DNA of 32,000 nucleotides from Candidatus Methanoperedens sp. (GCA_027460535.1 JAPZAR010000024.1:30001-62000), one strand, 5' to 3'; positions 1 to 9,656 are shown, counted from the stretch's first letter. Notes: generated by a model from the sequence alone, not told the origin. Numbers and translations: made by a program.

Positions 1-834
1 CTTGTCTCCTTCCAGGATTATCATCGCACGATTGGCTTCACTGTACGGATCAAGTTCAAAAAGGAGACCTGCATGAGAAATGCTGTGTTCAATGACAGCT
101 TTTATGGGGAGATTATCCGTGCCTTCCCCGAACCCCAATGTGGCAAGCTTTGAACCGCTTGACATCACGGTCTTGAAATCACCAAGGTCAGTCACCATCA
201 TCATCTCGCTGTCCAGCACCTTTATAAGAAACAGAATCCTCTGCGCGATAGTCCTATTGATCCCATCGTATGCGGTCTTTATATCCTTCCCGAGGTGTTT
301 CAGGAACTGGTTGTCCGCGATTATAGTACCATCGCACTGTCCGCTCATTATTTCCTTTAAACAGAAAATCGAATTTTGAAGATAGATCGAACCCTCTTCC
401 CTGAAGGGCAGCACCATTACCCCGTAAACATTGGTCTTACACCTTTCCTTCAGCGCCTCTATCAGAAGGGGCGAAAACGATGAACCCGTGCCACCTGATG
501 CCGAGGATATAATAAAAGCAAGGTCGAAATCCCCGCGTTCTTCTATGACCCGCATCAGAAGTTCTTTATTATCCTCAAAGCATTTCTTTCCTATTATCCT
601 GTTCGCCCCGACTCCATGAAGATATGGAACATGGATCCTGTCCTTTGTCTTCGTGAACCTCAATTCTTTTAAATCGTTGATGGCCGTATTTATTGATATG
701 GTCTCGACTTTGCTTGTAAATCGCTGCTTCCCATAATACTTGGAGAGCACACTGCCGCCAAAAGCTTCCTTGTTTATCGCATCAAGTATCCTGTTACCAC
801 ATTGCCCGACGCCGATCAAAAGTATGTTTAACAT
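1..834 (-). CDS. Tubulin/FtsZ-superfamily GTPase (CetZ-like), N-terminal 278 codons; C-terminus lies beyond the window start
   Basis: Missing from the ORF track because it has no stop in the window. I checked that the minus frame is open from 834 down to 1. Translation starts MLNILLIGVGQCGNRILDAINKE (GxGxxG T1 loop) and contains AFIISSASGGTGSSFSPLL (GGGTGS-type tubulin/FtsZ signature loop). Confidence 0.8.
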   Translation of the reverse strand, partial: MLNILLIGVGQCGNRILDAINKEAFGGSVLSKYYGKQRFTSKVETISINTAINDLKELRFTKTKDRIHVPYLHGVGANRIIGKKCFEDNKELLMRVIEERGDFDLAFIISSASGGTGSSFSPLLIEALKERCKTNVYGVMVLPFREEGSIYLQNSIFCLKEIMSGQCDGTIIADNQFLKHLGKDIKTAYDGINRTIAQRILFLIKVLDSEMMMVTDLGDFKTVMSSGSKLATLGFGEGTDNLPIKAVIEHSISHAGLLFELDPYSEANRAMIILEGDK

Positions 835-842
835 ATGTTTTC

Positions 843-1982
843 TCAGTATGAATATTCTTTATGTCTCTTTATCGTTAACACAACTATACCTGTCACAATC
901 ATTATCATGGACACAATTGCATACAAATAATAATTATTTTCCGCCTTTTTTGCCACAACTATATTATCAGATTCAGAGGTAGTGCCTATCGTATCGTCAT
1001 TATAGACAGTCCTTAGATGCACGGAATAATTTCCCGGCTCTATCGCCTTTAACGTGACAGTATAAGTTTCCGCATAGCCCGGATATATCCTTTTATATAC
1101 CTGCCTTAAATCCCCGTCCATAACCAGTGTGCCCTCAGGAGACTTACCGTCCACCGGCTCCACAAGTATTGATTCCGCGGGAGCTTTCCCAATATTCGTT
1201 ATTTTTACTGCGACTTTAAAAAGTTCATCAGTATTAATATTATTTTTATTCAGAGTAACAACAGTTGTCAGGATTGATCTTTCCGGCACAACCTCCGCAA
1301 CTGTTATGATAATAGGAGCTGTCTTATTCGCTTTCGAGCCATAGGTAATAGTTGAGGGGCCAAAAGTGAACGTTCCTGAGTCAACGGCTTTTAACGCATA
1401 ATACACTTCCTGAACCTCTCCCGGTTCAAGCCTATCTTCGGGTACCGGCGGGAACTTTGAGCCCGGAGCATTGGAAAAACCGTTGGGAAGCCCCTCATTC
1501 AATGTCAGATTATACGCAGTAGCATTTCCTGTATTCTCCAGTCTTATTTTAAATTCTACTGTGCCTCCCAGATTTACATTTGACTTGTCCACGATCCTTG
1601 TAATTACAATGTTTGGGACACCAACGGGTAGGGTTGGTATCAACACATCGTATGTTTTGGGATAACTCCAGCGTTCAGGGAATTCTAATGTGAGAACTGC
1701 AGAACTCTCAGAAATAATAGGCATGCTTAGCTTTAGTTGATTATATACGATAGGGGCTTCCCCGACGTGTATATTCCTGATCGCCGACGAATCGTTCATG
1801 GTCAGATTGACCATAACATAATTATCAGGTTTAACGATTTTTATTAGTTCAACCATGAAGGTTCCGCTTTCAAAATTCAACCCAGTGTTATTCTTCATGG
1901 TGAAATTATATGTTTGAGTGGAAGCGTCTGCAAGCGGCGAGAGTATCAGCAGTATTGACAATAAAAACCAGTGTCTCTTCAT
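843..1982 (-). CDS. Membrane-anchored, probably glycosylated surface protein with two CARDB/DUF11-like repeats
   Basis: 379-aa ORF with a signal peptide (MKRHWFLLSILLILSPLADAS) and a C-terminal TM anchor followed by basic residues (YLYAIVSMIMIVTGIVVLTIKRHK). It has many N-x-S/T sequons and two beta-sandwich-like repeats (VEFKIRLENTGNATAYNLTL; FKVAVKITNIGKAPAESILV). Its stop is 8 nt upstream of the tubulin-like start. Confidence 0.6.
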   Translation of the reverse strand: MKRHWFLLSILLILSPLADASTQTYNFTMKNNTGLNFESGTFMVELIKIVKPDNYVMVNLTMNDSSAIRNIHVGEAPIVYNQLKLSMPIISESSAVLTLEFPERWSYPKTYDVLIPTLPVGVPNIVITRIVDKSNVNLGGTVEFKIRLENTGNATAYNLTLNEGLPNGFSNAPGSKFPPVPEDRLEPGEVQEVYYALKAVDSGTFTFGPSTITYGSKANKTAPIIITVAEVVPERSILTTVVTLNKNNINTDELFKVAVKITNIGKAPAESILVEPVDGKSPEGTLVMDGDLRQVYKRIYPGYAETYTVTLKAIEPGNYSVHLRTVYNDDTIGTTSESDNIVVAKKAENNYYLYAIVSMIMIVTGIVVLTIKRHKEYSY

Positions 1983-2105
1983 TTGAAAATTACCTTTTTC
2001 CTGTGCATGAAAATATATACAAATTACACGGGATTGTATATAAACATTATGAGCATCAACATTATCATAATCATCTGAGTTGAGACCCTGAATTTAAAAA
2101 GAGTA

Positions 2106-2918
2106 TCATTTAATCCTGAGATTTATATCGAGCCACCTGGATGAGTGTGTGAGTGCACCTATTGAAATGACATCGACCCCTGTTCTTGCGAAATCGCTTA
2201 TGTTGTCAAGCGATATGCCACCTGAGGCCTCGAGAAAAACCCCGTCATTTAACCCTTTATTGCGCAGCATTTCAATGCTTCTCTTGATCTCGTTCGCATC
2301 CATATTGTCGAACATGACTATATCAACTCCCATTTCGGCTGCACTGACCGCAGAATCGATATTCCTTACCTCAATCTCTATTTTCTGGGTAAAGCTCGAT
2401 AGCCGTTTTGCGTTATTCACCGCCTTTTCAAGTCCCAGGACCGCGATATGATTGTTCTTGATCATTACAGCATCTGAAAGGTTGAACCTGTGAGGGTCTC
2501 CTCCTCCTGCTATTACGGCTTTTTTTTCAAATTTCCTGAAACCTGGTGTGGTCTTCCTGGTGCACGCGATCCTGGCACCTTCCGCCCTTTCGACATATCT
2601 ACGGGTCAATGTGGCTATACCGCTCATCCTCCCGAGGAAATTCAATGCAAGCCTCTCTGCCCTCAGGATTTGCCTTGCGCCGCCTTCAAGGGTAAAAATC
2701 ACATCTTTTTTCTTTACAATCGAACCTTCGGTAAGATCTGTGGTCGCGAATATCTCAAAATATTCAAATATCTGGGTCGCTTCGGAAAGACCCGCAATAA
2801 CCCCCTCTTCATTTGATACTACTTCCGCGTGAACTTTACAATCCGGGATTATGCTGCATGAGACATCATTATAACCCACATCTTCTTCGATGAAACGTTC
2901 AAGCTCTGTCATTAACAT
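2106..2918 (-). CDS. nadC: Nicotinate-nucleotide pyrophosphorylase (quinolinate phosphoribosyltransferase)
   Basis: 270-aa ORF with family blocks AERLALNFLGRMSGIATLTRRYV, IACTRKTTPGFR, GGGDPHRFNLSDAVMIKNNHI and LEASGGI. It is divergent from nadX. Confidence 0.9.
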   Translation of the reverse strand: MLMTELERFIEEDVGYNDVSCSIIPDCKVHAEVVSNEEGVIAGLSEATQIFEYFEIFATTDLTEGSIVKKKDVIFTLEGGARQILRAERLALNFLGRMSGIATLTRRYVERAEGARIACTRKTTPGFRKFEKKAVIAGGGDPHRFNLSDAVMIKNNHIAVLGLEKAVNNAKRLSSFTQKIEIEVRNIDSAVSAAEMGVDIVMFDNMDANEIKRSIEMLRNKGLNDGVFLEASGGISLDNISDFARTGVDVISIGALTHSSRWLDINLRIK

Positions 2919-2996
2919 GATATGCCACCAATTGCTATTGGTTCTTCAAATTACTTATATACTACTGTCAATGTATTAGGAATCAAGAAGAGTATA

Positions 2997-3809
2997 ATGC
3001 TGAAAATCGGAGTAATCGGCTGCGGTGCCATCGGTACAGAGATCTGTAAGGCAATTGATTCAAAGCTCATAAATGCAGAACTGGTGGGGATTTATGACAG
3101 GAGCGCTGAGCGCTGCCAGAAGCTGATCGGGTTGCTTGCAGTCAGACCCGGAAGCTTGGCTCCCGCTGACCTGATAGCCGCATCCGACATCGTGGTTGAG
3201 TGCGCTTCGCAGGCGGCTGTTCTGGATTTCGGGGCCATGGTGCTGAGTTGCGGGAAAGACCTTATGGTTATGAGTGTGGGAGCTTTGACGGATCCTGACC
3301 TGCTATTCAGGCTTAAGGAAATTGCAGCCGCTAACGCATCCAGGATCTACATACCTTCAGGTGCGATCGCCGGTCTTGATGGCTTGAAATCCGCTTCAAT
3401 GGCCCATGTTAATATGGTCACCCTCACAACCACAAAAAATCCCGGGGGATTGAAAGGAGCGCCATTTGTCATTGAGAACAACATCGATCTTGATTCTTTT
3501 CGAAAAAAGACCCTCCTCTTCGAAGGAAGTGCGGAAGAGGCAATTGCGGCATTCCCCGCGAATGTCAATGTTGCGGCCTCATTGAGCCTTGCTGGAATAG
3601 GTACAAAGAAAACCCGGGTAAGGATTTTTGTCGATCCTGAGACTTCAAGGAACATACATGAGATCTCAGTGGAAGGGGAATTCGGGAAATTCACCTGTAA
3701 AGTTGAGAATGTTCCTTCGCCTGACAATCCCAGAACGAGCTATCTGGCCGCACTCTCGGCAATAGCCACGCTGAAGAAGATAAGTGAACCGCTCCAAGTG
3801 GGAACTTGA
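2997..3809 (+). CDS. nadX: L-aspartate dehydrogenase
   Basis: ORF 2922..3809. I moved the start to ATG 2997, which gives the Rossmann N-terminus MLKIGVIGCGAIGTEI. The length (270 aa) and the C-terminal block PDNPRTSYLAALSAIATL fit aspartate dehydrogenase, as does the position next to nadC. Confidence 0.85.
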   Translation: MLKIGVIGCGAIGTEICKAIDSKLINAELVGIYDRSAERCQKLIGLLAVRPGSLAPADLIAASDIVVECASQAAVLDFGAMVLSCGKDLMVMSVGALTDPDLLFRLKEIAAANASRIYIPSGAIAGLDGLKSASMAHVNMVTLTTTKNPGGLKGAPFVIENNIDLDSFRKKTLLFEGSAEEAIAAFPANVNVAASLSLAGIGTKKTRVRIFVDPETSRNIHEISVEGEFGKFTCKVENVPSPDNPRTSYLAALSAIATLKKISEPLQVGT

Positions 3810-3810
3810 G

Positions 3811-4677
3811 ATGCCATTTGAAGAATTTGCGATAATTATTGCTTCATTGAAAAGAAAGCTGTTTTACATCGCCGGTGTTTTTATCGCCGGTGCAATCTTT
3901 TCTTTCCAATATATGGGGTATGTAATTAAAAAAATAGAAGATCATTTTAGTCTGAGCCCACCTGATCAACTCAATGCTACTAAGCAGCTAATCGAAATAT
4001 CGCGTAATCTCTCTTTGATCTCAAAAGATGTCAATAATTCTATTATTGCCCAGAACCTGACAAAGTTCTCAGTTGAATTAATAAATATATCTCAAAACTT
4101 AAATTTACGTGAACCAAAATTTGTGACGCTAACTCCGCTGGAAGTGCCGATGCTTGAGTTCAAGATGTCTCTAATATTTGGAGTACTTCTTGCAACCCCA
4201 CTTATTATTTACTACGCTTATAAAGAACTGAAAGGGAGATTACCAAATGTAATATCCATAAATAAGTCTTTAATAATATCCGTAATAATTGCGTCTATCG
4301 TACTTTTTTTGTTAGGGGTTGGATATTCATATTTTATTATGATTCCACTTTTCCAGGATTATGTAAACCAAGAGACTTTGAATATTGGAGCAATTCAAAA
4401 CTACTCTGTATACGAGTTCATTTATTTTGTAGTTATGACCTCGATAATAATAGGTTTTGCTTTTGAATTGCCTCTAATAATGACTCTTGTGGTTCGTTTT
4501 GGTATCATATCAAGGCAGACGCTTTCTTATTATAGGAGGCATGCGTATATCATTCTGCTGGTTGTTGCAGCATGGATCACCCCAGGGCCAGACATTTTCA
4601 GCCAGATAATGGTAGTGGTGCCGTTTGTAGTCCTTTATGAAATCAGTCTACTGGTGATAAGATTTACTGGAAAATAA
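3811..4677 (+). CDS. tatC: Sec-independent (Tat) translocase subunit TatC
   Basis: ATG 3811 lies 1 nt after the nadX stop; the track start at 3784 is a GTG inside nadX. It is a multi-TM protein with TatC-like blocks LTPLEVPMLEFKMSLIFGVLLATPLIIYYAYKEL and WITPGPDIFSQIMVVVPFVVLYEISLL. Confidence 0.8.
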   Translation: MPFEEFAIIIASLKRKLFYIAGVFIAGAIFSFQYMGYVIKKIEDHFSLSPPDQLNATKQLIEISRNLSLISKDVNNSIIAQNLTKFSVELINISQNLNLREPKFVTLTPLEVPMLEFKMSLIFGVLLATPLIIYYAYKELKGRLPNVISINKSLIISVIIASIVLFLLGVGYSYFIMIPLFQDYVNQETLNIGAIQNYSVYEFIYFVVMTSIIIGFAFELPLIMTLVVRFGIISRQTLSYYRRHAYIILLVVAAWITPGPDIFSQIMVVVPFVVLYEISLLVIRFTGK

Positions 4678-4840
4678 TAGGTTCTACTTACAAAAAATAA
4701 AATTCCTTGACTCGAACAGCTTCACATTTATATGTCTTTATATGAAAGGGTCTTTGATATCCTGGAAGATCATCTTGACGATTTCGTGGATTTCGAGTCA
4801 CAAATATTGAATTTTCTTAAAACAAAGTCGTAAGAACGCA

Positions 4841-6538
4841 CTAAAATGACTGGGCAGCGTATGGTGCTAACGTCACAAAGACAAGCGATATAAGAATCAG
4901 CACCGCAAATAAAACCGCGATCGCATTGGATATGCGCTCAACCTTTTCGCCATTTCCCACGATTCTTGATAGAGATGATGTCAGAACGTCCCGGAAGACG
5001 TGCCCACCATCAAGGGGAACTGCCGGAAGGCAGTTGAAAAGACCGACATAAAAGTTCATCCAGCCAATCCACATCAGGATGTTCAATATCCAGAATATGT
5101 TTGTTCCAAGAGGGATTGCCCAGCCAGCAGGCTCATAAAAATGGGTTATCAGGCCTGAAAATCCTGGGAAGCCTTCACCCGTGAGACCGAAAATAGGCAG
5201 GCTGAACAGGAGGATCCACCCGCTGAACCCGGTCAATAATGAAGGGATGCTCTTCAGCACAAGCAGATAGTTCTTAGCCGGGAACTGGCCTATAGTTATA
5301 CCCACGGAATAGCTCGTGGCTGATTCTTGTGGCGCATAAGAGACCCCCAGGAAACCCTTTTTAGCCTCCTTTTCGTAGGGATATTTGACCAGCTCCACGT
5401 TCCTGAACACTAACCTGGATGCATTCACCGAGCTGTTGCTCATGAGATATATATCTAATTTCTCACCTGCTGAGGTGGAATTCATGAACGTGATAAAATC
5501 ATCTATAGAATTGATATCGGCCTCGCCGATCTTAACAAGAACCATCCCCGATTTTATTCCTGCCGCTTCTGCAGGAGAGCCTTCAACTACTTTGAATACC
5601 ACTACGCCTTCACTTGTTTCATTGCCCGATGCTGAAACGAGCTTGATCTCTTTTCTCACCCCTCCATCAACCAGGTTCAGACTGACATTACTTCCCGGTT
5701 TCAGGGTCTTTGCATAGGCCAAGAAGTCATTTGCGGTACTGATCTGCTTGTCGTCTATTCCTGCAAGGATCATGTTCTGTCTCACGCCTGCCTGTTCTGC
5801 AGGGTATCCTGGCACAACACCTGTTATCATTACGTCTCCCACAGGAGCAAGCGAGCCGAGTATGGAAAAGAACAGTATGAATGCAATAAATGCAGTGACA
5901 AAATTAGCCATAACGCCTGCTGTAAGTACCCTTACCCGTTCGCTGCGCGTCGCGAGCTTTTTGGGTTCTATGCCTGCTTCTTCTTGAGTCCCGCCTTTCT
6001 CTTCCTTACTCCCAAGAAGCTGCTCTTCATCTGGCTCTGCAAATCCTCCGATCGGAAGTACAGCCAGCAGTATGCCCATTGATTTTACTTTGATGCCTTC
6101 CACTTTACAGAGTATGGCGTGCGAGAACTCATGCACTACAAGCGTTACAAGCAATGCAATGATGCCATACCAGAGAGGTATGAACTCGTTCACTCCCGGG
6201 ATAAGGAAGATATTGCGCGGCTCATTGAACTTGCTGGGAGGAGGGACTGTATGTGTCTGGAAAGACCTTATCATGGAGTAATCAACGAACAATATCATCA
6301 GCAACATGACAAGCATTCCCATGAGCATTGCCGGAAGACCGATATTGGCAAACAATCTCCAGAACCTTTTAGGGACCGCGAGTTTATCGAGGAATATCTG
6401 ACCTTTTTGCGTACGTATCATCAATATAGGCCCGTAAGCTGAGATGTTGTATTTGCTAAGTATTCCTCGCCTGTCAAGGAGAGCCACGAAAAGCCAGTAG
6501 AGAAAGAAAATAACAAGAATAATATCGAGGGTACTCAA
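4841..6538 (-). CDS. M50-family site-2 metalloprotease with PDZ domains
   Basis: 565-aa polytopic protein. The HExxH zinc site (VVHEFSHAILC) sits in a TM segment, and the second signature is FNCLPAVPLDGGHV. Two central PDZ-like segments are present (GYPAEQAGVRQNMIL...; GSPAEAAGIKSGMVLVKIG). Confidence 0.85.
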   Translation of the reverse strand: MSTLDIILVIFFLYWLFVALLDRRGILSKYNISAYGPILMIRTQKGQIFLDKLAVPKRFWRLFANIGLPAMLMGMLVMLLMILFVDYSMIRSFQTHTVPPPSKFNEPRNIFLIPGVNEFIPLWYGIIALLVTLVVHEFSHAILCKVEGIKVKSMGILLAVLPIGGFAEPDEEQLLGSKEEKGGTQEEAGIEPKKLATRSERVRVLTAGVMANFVTAFIAFILFFSILGSLAPVGDVMITGVVPGYPAEQAGVRQNMILAGIDDKQISTANDFLAYAKTLKPGSNVSLNLVDGGVRKEIKLVSASGNETSEGVVVFKVVEGSPAEAAGIKSGMVLVKIGEADINSIDDFITFMNSTSAGEKLDIYLMSNSSVNASRLVFRNVELVKYPYEKEAKKGFLGVSYAPQESATSYSVGITIGQFPAKNYLLVLKSIPSLLTGFSGWILLFSLPIFGLTGEGFPGFSGLITHFYEPAGWAIPLGTNIFWILNILMWIGWMNFYVGLFNCLPAVPLDGGHVFRDVLTSSLSRIVGNGEKVERISNAIAVLFAVLILISLVFVTLAPYAAQSF

Positions 6539-6606
6539 CTAACCGTCTCCCCTGGGAATCCAAATAAACTATTAAGTATGTCAAGCATATTAGTTTGGGT
6601 GAGTTA

Positions 6607-6918
6607 ATGTTTTCAATCGTATATATAACCGCTGGCGATATGGATGAGGCAAAGAGCATCGGAAGGACACTTATCAAGGAACGCCTCGCCGCATGTGTGA
6701 ATATTTTTCCCATCACTTCGATCTTCAGATGGAAGGATAAGATCGATGAAGCGAATGAGATCGGGATTATTGTGAAAACGAAAACTGGCAAAGTGAAGGC
6801 TATCAAGAAAAAAGTTAAAGAGATACACAGCTATGAGGTGCCTTGCGTTGTATCTTTTGAACTCGGGGAGGGTTCGGAAGAATATCTTAAATGGATTAAT
6901 GAGTCCGTGGATGGTTAA
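6607..6918 (+). CDS. cutA: Divalent-cation tolerance protein CutA
   Basis: ATG 6607 gives MFSIVYITAGDMDEAKSIGRTLIKERLAACVNIFPITSIFRWKDKI...HSYEVPCVV, a typical CutA1 fold sequence of about 103 aa. Confidence 0.85.
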   Translation: MFSIVYITAGDMDEAKSIGRTLIKERLAACVNIFPITSIFRWKDKIDEANEIGIIVKTKTGKVKAIKKKVKEIHSYEVPCVVSFELGEGSEEYLKWINESVDG

Positions 6919-6996
6919 TATGAAGGAGTGCAGCATCATCTGAATCGTAAGTAAGAGCGGCCAGTCTCAATCGCATTCTTTTTCCACAGAAACATA

Positions 6997-7005
6997 TTTT
7001 ATAAA
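6997..7005 (+). promoter_or_regulatory. Candidate archaeal TATA box for metG (leaderless or very short leader)
   Basis: TTTTATAAA starts 30 nt upstream of the metG ATG (7027), and no Shine-Dalgarno motif lies between them. The spacing fits transcription starting at or next to the ATG. Confidence 0.35.
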
Positions 7006-7026
7006 GAACATTCATGTAAGCAACCC

Positions 7027-9045
7027 ATGTCCAACTTCCCCTCAGAAGAACCCGTTCTTGTAACCTGCGGCCTTCCCTATGCCAACGGCAAGTGCCACAT
7101 AGGTCACCTGCGCACCTATGTTCCTGCCGACATCTTTGTGAGAGCACTTAGAAAACAGGGACAGGATGCCGTCTTTATCTGCGGGTCCGATGCCCACGGA
7201 ACCCCCATAGTGGTGAATGCGGAGGAGCTGGGTATTAAACCCAAAGACCTTGTCAATAAGTACCATCAACATTTTGAGAAGATTTTCAAAGCGATGGAGG
7301 TGGAGTTCAACTTCTACGGGAATACTGACTCGCCAACGAACCACGCAAGGACGAACAACATCGTTGAAACTCTTATTGAGCGTGGATATGTTTATCCACA
7401 GATCATTCGGCTGGCTTATTGCCCACATGACCAGCGGTTCCTTCCCGATAGATACGTTGAAGGCATCTGCCCATACTGCGGCGCGGTAGCGCGCGGGGAT
7501 GAATGCGACCAGGGTTGCGGAAAGCATCTTGAACCCGGGGAAATAAAGAGCGCAAGATGCAGGATATGCGGCAACCCTGCTGAGTATCGCGAGCAGGAGC
7601 ATTTCTTTTTCAAACTTTCAGCTTTCGGAGGCTTTCTTTCCGAATACCTGAACCAGCTCGGCGGCACATCCAATGCTATAAACTATGCAAAGGAATGGGC
7701 AAAGGAACTGAAAGACTGGTGCATCACACGGAACCTGGAATGGGGTGTACGTTTCCCGGGGCATGACGACCTCGTTGTGTACGTCTGGGTGGATGCTCCC
7801 ATCGGATACATCTCGTTCACCGAGGAATGGGCGAAAGACAGCGGGAACGACTGGGAAAAATACTGGCGAAAGAGCTCGCGCATAATACATTTCATTGGCG
7901 AGGATATCACATATCATCACTGCATCTTCTGGCCTGCGATGCTAAAGGGCGCGGGATACACCCAGCCGTGGGCAGTCGTTGCCTCAGGCATGCTGAAGAT
8001 TGACGATAAGAAGTTCTCAAAGAGCAGGGGATATGTAGTGTGGGTGGATGAGGACTATCTCGACCACGGTTTCCATCCGGATCTCCTCAGATATTACATT
8101 GCCAACTATACCTCGCATACGAAAGAGTTGAATTTTTCATGGAAAGTGTTCCAGGACAAGGTGAATAACGAGCTTGTGGGAGCGCTGGGGAATTTCCTTC
8201 ACAGGACGCTGCATTTCGCCCACAAGAATTTTGGGGAGATACCTGAAGGCGAAGTGGATAGTGAAATTTTTGAGAAAATCGAAGCAACGATCAACTCTGT
8301 AATACTGGCTTTCGATGAATACGAATTCAAGAAAGCCACCGACGCGATGATGGAACTTGCCCAGTATGGCAATGCATATTTCCAGTCGCATGAGCCTTGG
8401 CAGCTCATTAAAACTGATAGGGAAGCATGCGGGCATGTAGTGAAAAACTGCCTTCAGATAGGAAAGGCGCTCGTTTTGTTGTTTGAGCCTATACTTCCGG
8501 GAAATATGGAACGGGCTTGGAAGCTGCTTGGATTTCAGGGTGACGTCCATTCCACGCGGCTTGAAGATGCCCTCGTAGAGATTCCTGCAGGAGAACTTAA
8601 AGCTCCTGAGATATTATTCACTAAGATTGAGGATAAGAAGATCAAAGAGATGGAGGCGATCCTTGATAGAAGGATTAAGATAGCAATAGCGAAAGAGAAG
8701 AATAAGCTTGAGGCAGGGAAGGAAAAAGCCGAGATCACATTTGAGGAATTCCAGAAGCTTGATATAAGGATTGGAAAAATATTATCGGCTGAAAATATAA
8801 AGGGTTCTGATAAACTGCTGAAGCTTGAGGTGGACATAGGTGAGAAGCGCCAGATTGTTGCAGGGATCGCGAAGTCCCATGCACCTTCCGAACTTGTGGG
8901 GCGTCAGGTTGCGGTGCTTGCGAATTTGAAGCCTGCGAAACTTTTCGGCGTGGAATCCCGCGGGATGATACTGGCTGGTGATGGTGAGGGCGCGGTGCTG
9001 CTGCTGCCTGAGAAAGAGGTTAAGGAAGGGACGAAAGTGAGATGA
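7027..9045 (+). CDS. metG: Methionyl-tRNA synthetase with C-terminal tRNA-binding (Trbp111/EMAPII-like) domain
   Basis: 672 aa. It carries the HIGH motif (CHIGHLRTY), a zinc knuckle (CPYCG...CDQGCG...CRICG), a KMSKS variant (KFSKSRG), and a C-terminal OB-fold block [36 protein letters not shown]. Confidence 0.95.
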   Translation: MSNFPSEEPVLVTCGLPYANGKCHIGHLRTYVPADIFVRALRKQGQDAVFICGSDAHGTPIVVNAEELGIKPKDLVNKYHQHFEKIFKAMEVEFNFYGNTDSPTNHARTNNIVETLIERGYVYPQIIRLAYCPHDQRFLPDRYVEGICPYCGAVARGDECDQGCGKHLEPGEIKSARCRICGNPAEYREQEHFFFKLSAFGGFLSEYLNQLGGTSNAINYAKEWAKELKDWCITRNLEWGVRFPGHDDLVVYVWVDAPIGYISFTEEWAKDSGNDWEKYWRKSSRIIHFIGEDITYHHCIFWPAMLKGAGYTQPWAVVASGMLKIDDKKFSKSRGYVVWVDEDYLDHGFHPDLLRYYIANYTSHTKELNFSWKVFQDKVNNELVGALGNFLHRTLHFAHKNFGEIPEGEVDSEIFEKIEATINSVILAFDEYEFKKATDAMMELAQYGNAYFQSHEPWQLIKTDREACGHVVKNCLQIGKALVLLFEPILPGNMERAWKLLGFQGDVHSTRLEDALVEIPAGELKAPEILFTKIEDKKIKEMEAILDRRIKIAIAKEKNKLEAGKEKAEITFEEFQKLDIRIGKILSAENIKGSDKLLKLEVDIGEKRQIVAGIAKSHAPSELVGRQVAVLANLKPAKLFGVESRGMILAGDGEGAVLLLPEKEVKEGTKVR

Positions 9046-9061
9046 TTTTTTTAAGACTTTG
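8975..9061. repeat. Direct repeat copy A: metG 3' end, stop codon and T-tract
   Basis: In my manual alignment it matches 9691-9776 at 68 of 87 positions with one 1-nt gap. The identical cores are GTGCTGCTGCTGCC and GGTTAAGGAAGGGACGA. The run of seven T at 9046-9052 directly after the stop is a plausible archaeal terminator. Confidence 0.8.
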
Positions 9062-9064
9062 ATT

Positions 9065-9514
9065 ATGCCTCTTAACTTGTTAACATTAGAAAATCTGTTA
9101 GATATCAATGAGCAGATAAAAATACGTGCTTCAAAAGACCCTCGAATAGAGTACACTGGAAGTGAAGACTATCCCATCAAGATTCGTGAACTTCAGAAGT
9201 TAATCGAACTTACACCGAAGAATAGGGCTGTGGTAGAGATTGCAGCGTATTATCTTAAAAATATAATTCTGTTACAGGCATTCCCGGACGCCAACCATAG
9301 AACAGCATTGACAGCAACGGAAAGATTTTTAGAAAAGAACGGCTACAGCTTCGATTATACGGCTGTAGAAGCATACCAGTTCCGAAAGGAACTCTATACC
9401 AGAAGATTGCAGGAATATGGAACTTATGAAGAAAGACCTACAAGAGTCTTAAAAGAAGCCGATAACCAGGTATTTTCACTATGCCTGGAGTTTGTTAGGG
9501 CGCATATCAGATAG
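9065..9514 (+). CDS. Doc (death-on-curing)/Fic-family protein with a variant active-site motif
   Basis: ATG 9065. The block LQAFPDANHRTALTATERFLEKNGY aligns with the phage P1 Doc motif GHIFNDANKRTALNSALLFLRRNG. The size (about 149 aa) fits Doc. Confidence 0.7.
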   Translation: MPLNLLTLENLLDINEQIKIRASKDPRIEYTGSEDYPIKIRELQKLIELTPKNRAVVEIAAYYLKNIILLQAFPDANHRTALTATERFLEKNGYSFDYTAVEAYQFRKELYTRRLQEYGTYEERPTRVLKEADNQVFSLCLEFVRAHIR

Positions 9515-9515
9515 A

Positions 9516-9656
9516 CTATCCCAACTCCACTAAAACTTCATACCTGCGGTCAAGAATACGATTTATTGCTTGCAACTCAGAGTCTCTGTCGGAATCCTCT
9601 GGTTTTACCATAGCAGATGTAGAGCGAATCCGTTGTTTTTGCTGCTGTTTCGCCAT
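9516..9656 (-). CDS. Hypothetical 46-aa protein, convergent with the Doc-like gene
   Basis: Below the ORF-track size cutoff. Translation is MAKQQQKQRIRSTSAMVKPEDSDRDSELQAINRILDRRYEVLVELG. A TATA-like TTATAAA on the minus strand at about 9682-9688 lies roughly 30 nt upstream of the ATG, a leaderless geometry. No family was recognised. Confidence 0.3.
   Translation of the reverse strand: MAKQQQKQRIRSTSAMVKPEDSDRDSELQAINRILDRRYEVLVELG

Noticed and set aside
80-982. Plus-strand ORFs 80..379, 431..619 and 740..982
   Set aside because: They lie antisense to the open minus-strand frame that encodes the tubulin/FtsZ-like protein and the end of the surface-protein gene. Their translations are low-complexity with no motifs, so I treat them as shadow ORFs.
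4732-4833. 33-codon acidic ORF (MSLYERVFDILEDHLDDFVDFESQILNFLKTKS) in the tatC/S2P convergent spacer
   Set aside because: It has no RBS or properly spaced TATA box and matches no family. It is too short to separate from chance without conservation data.
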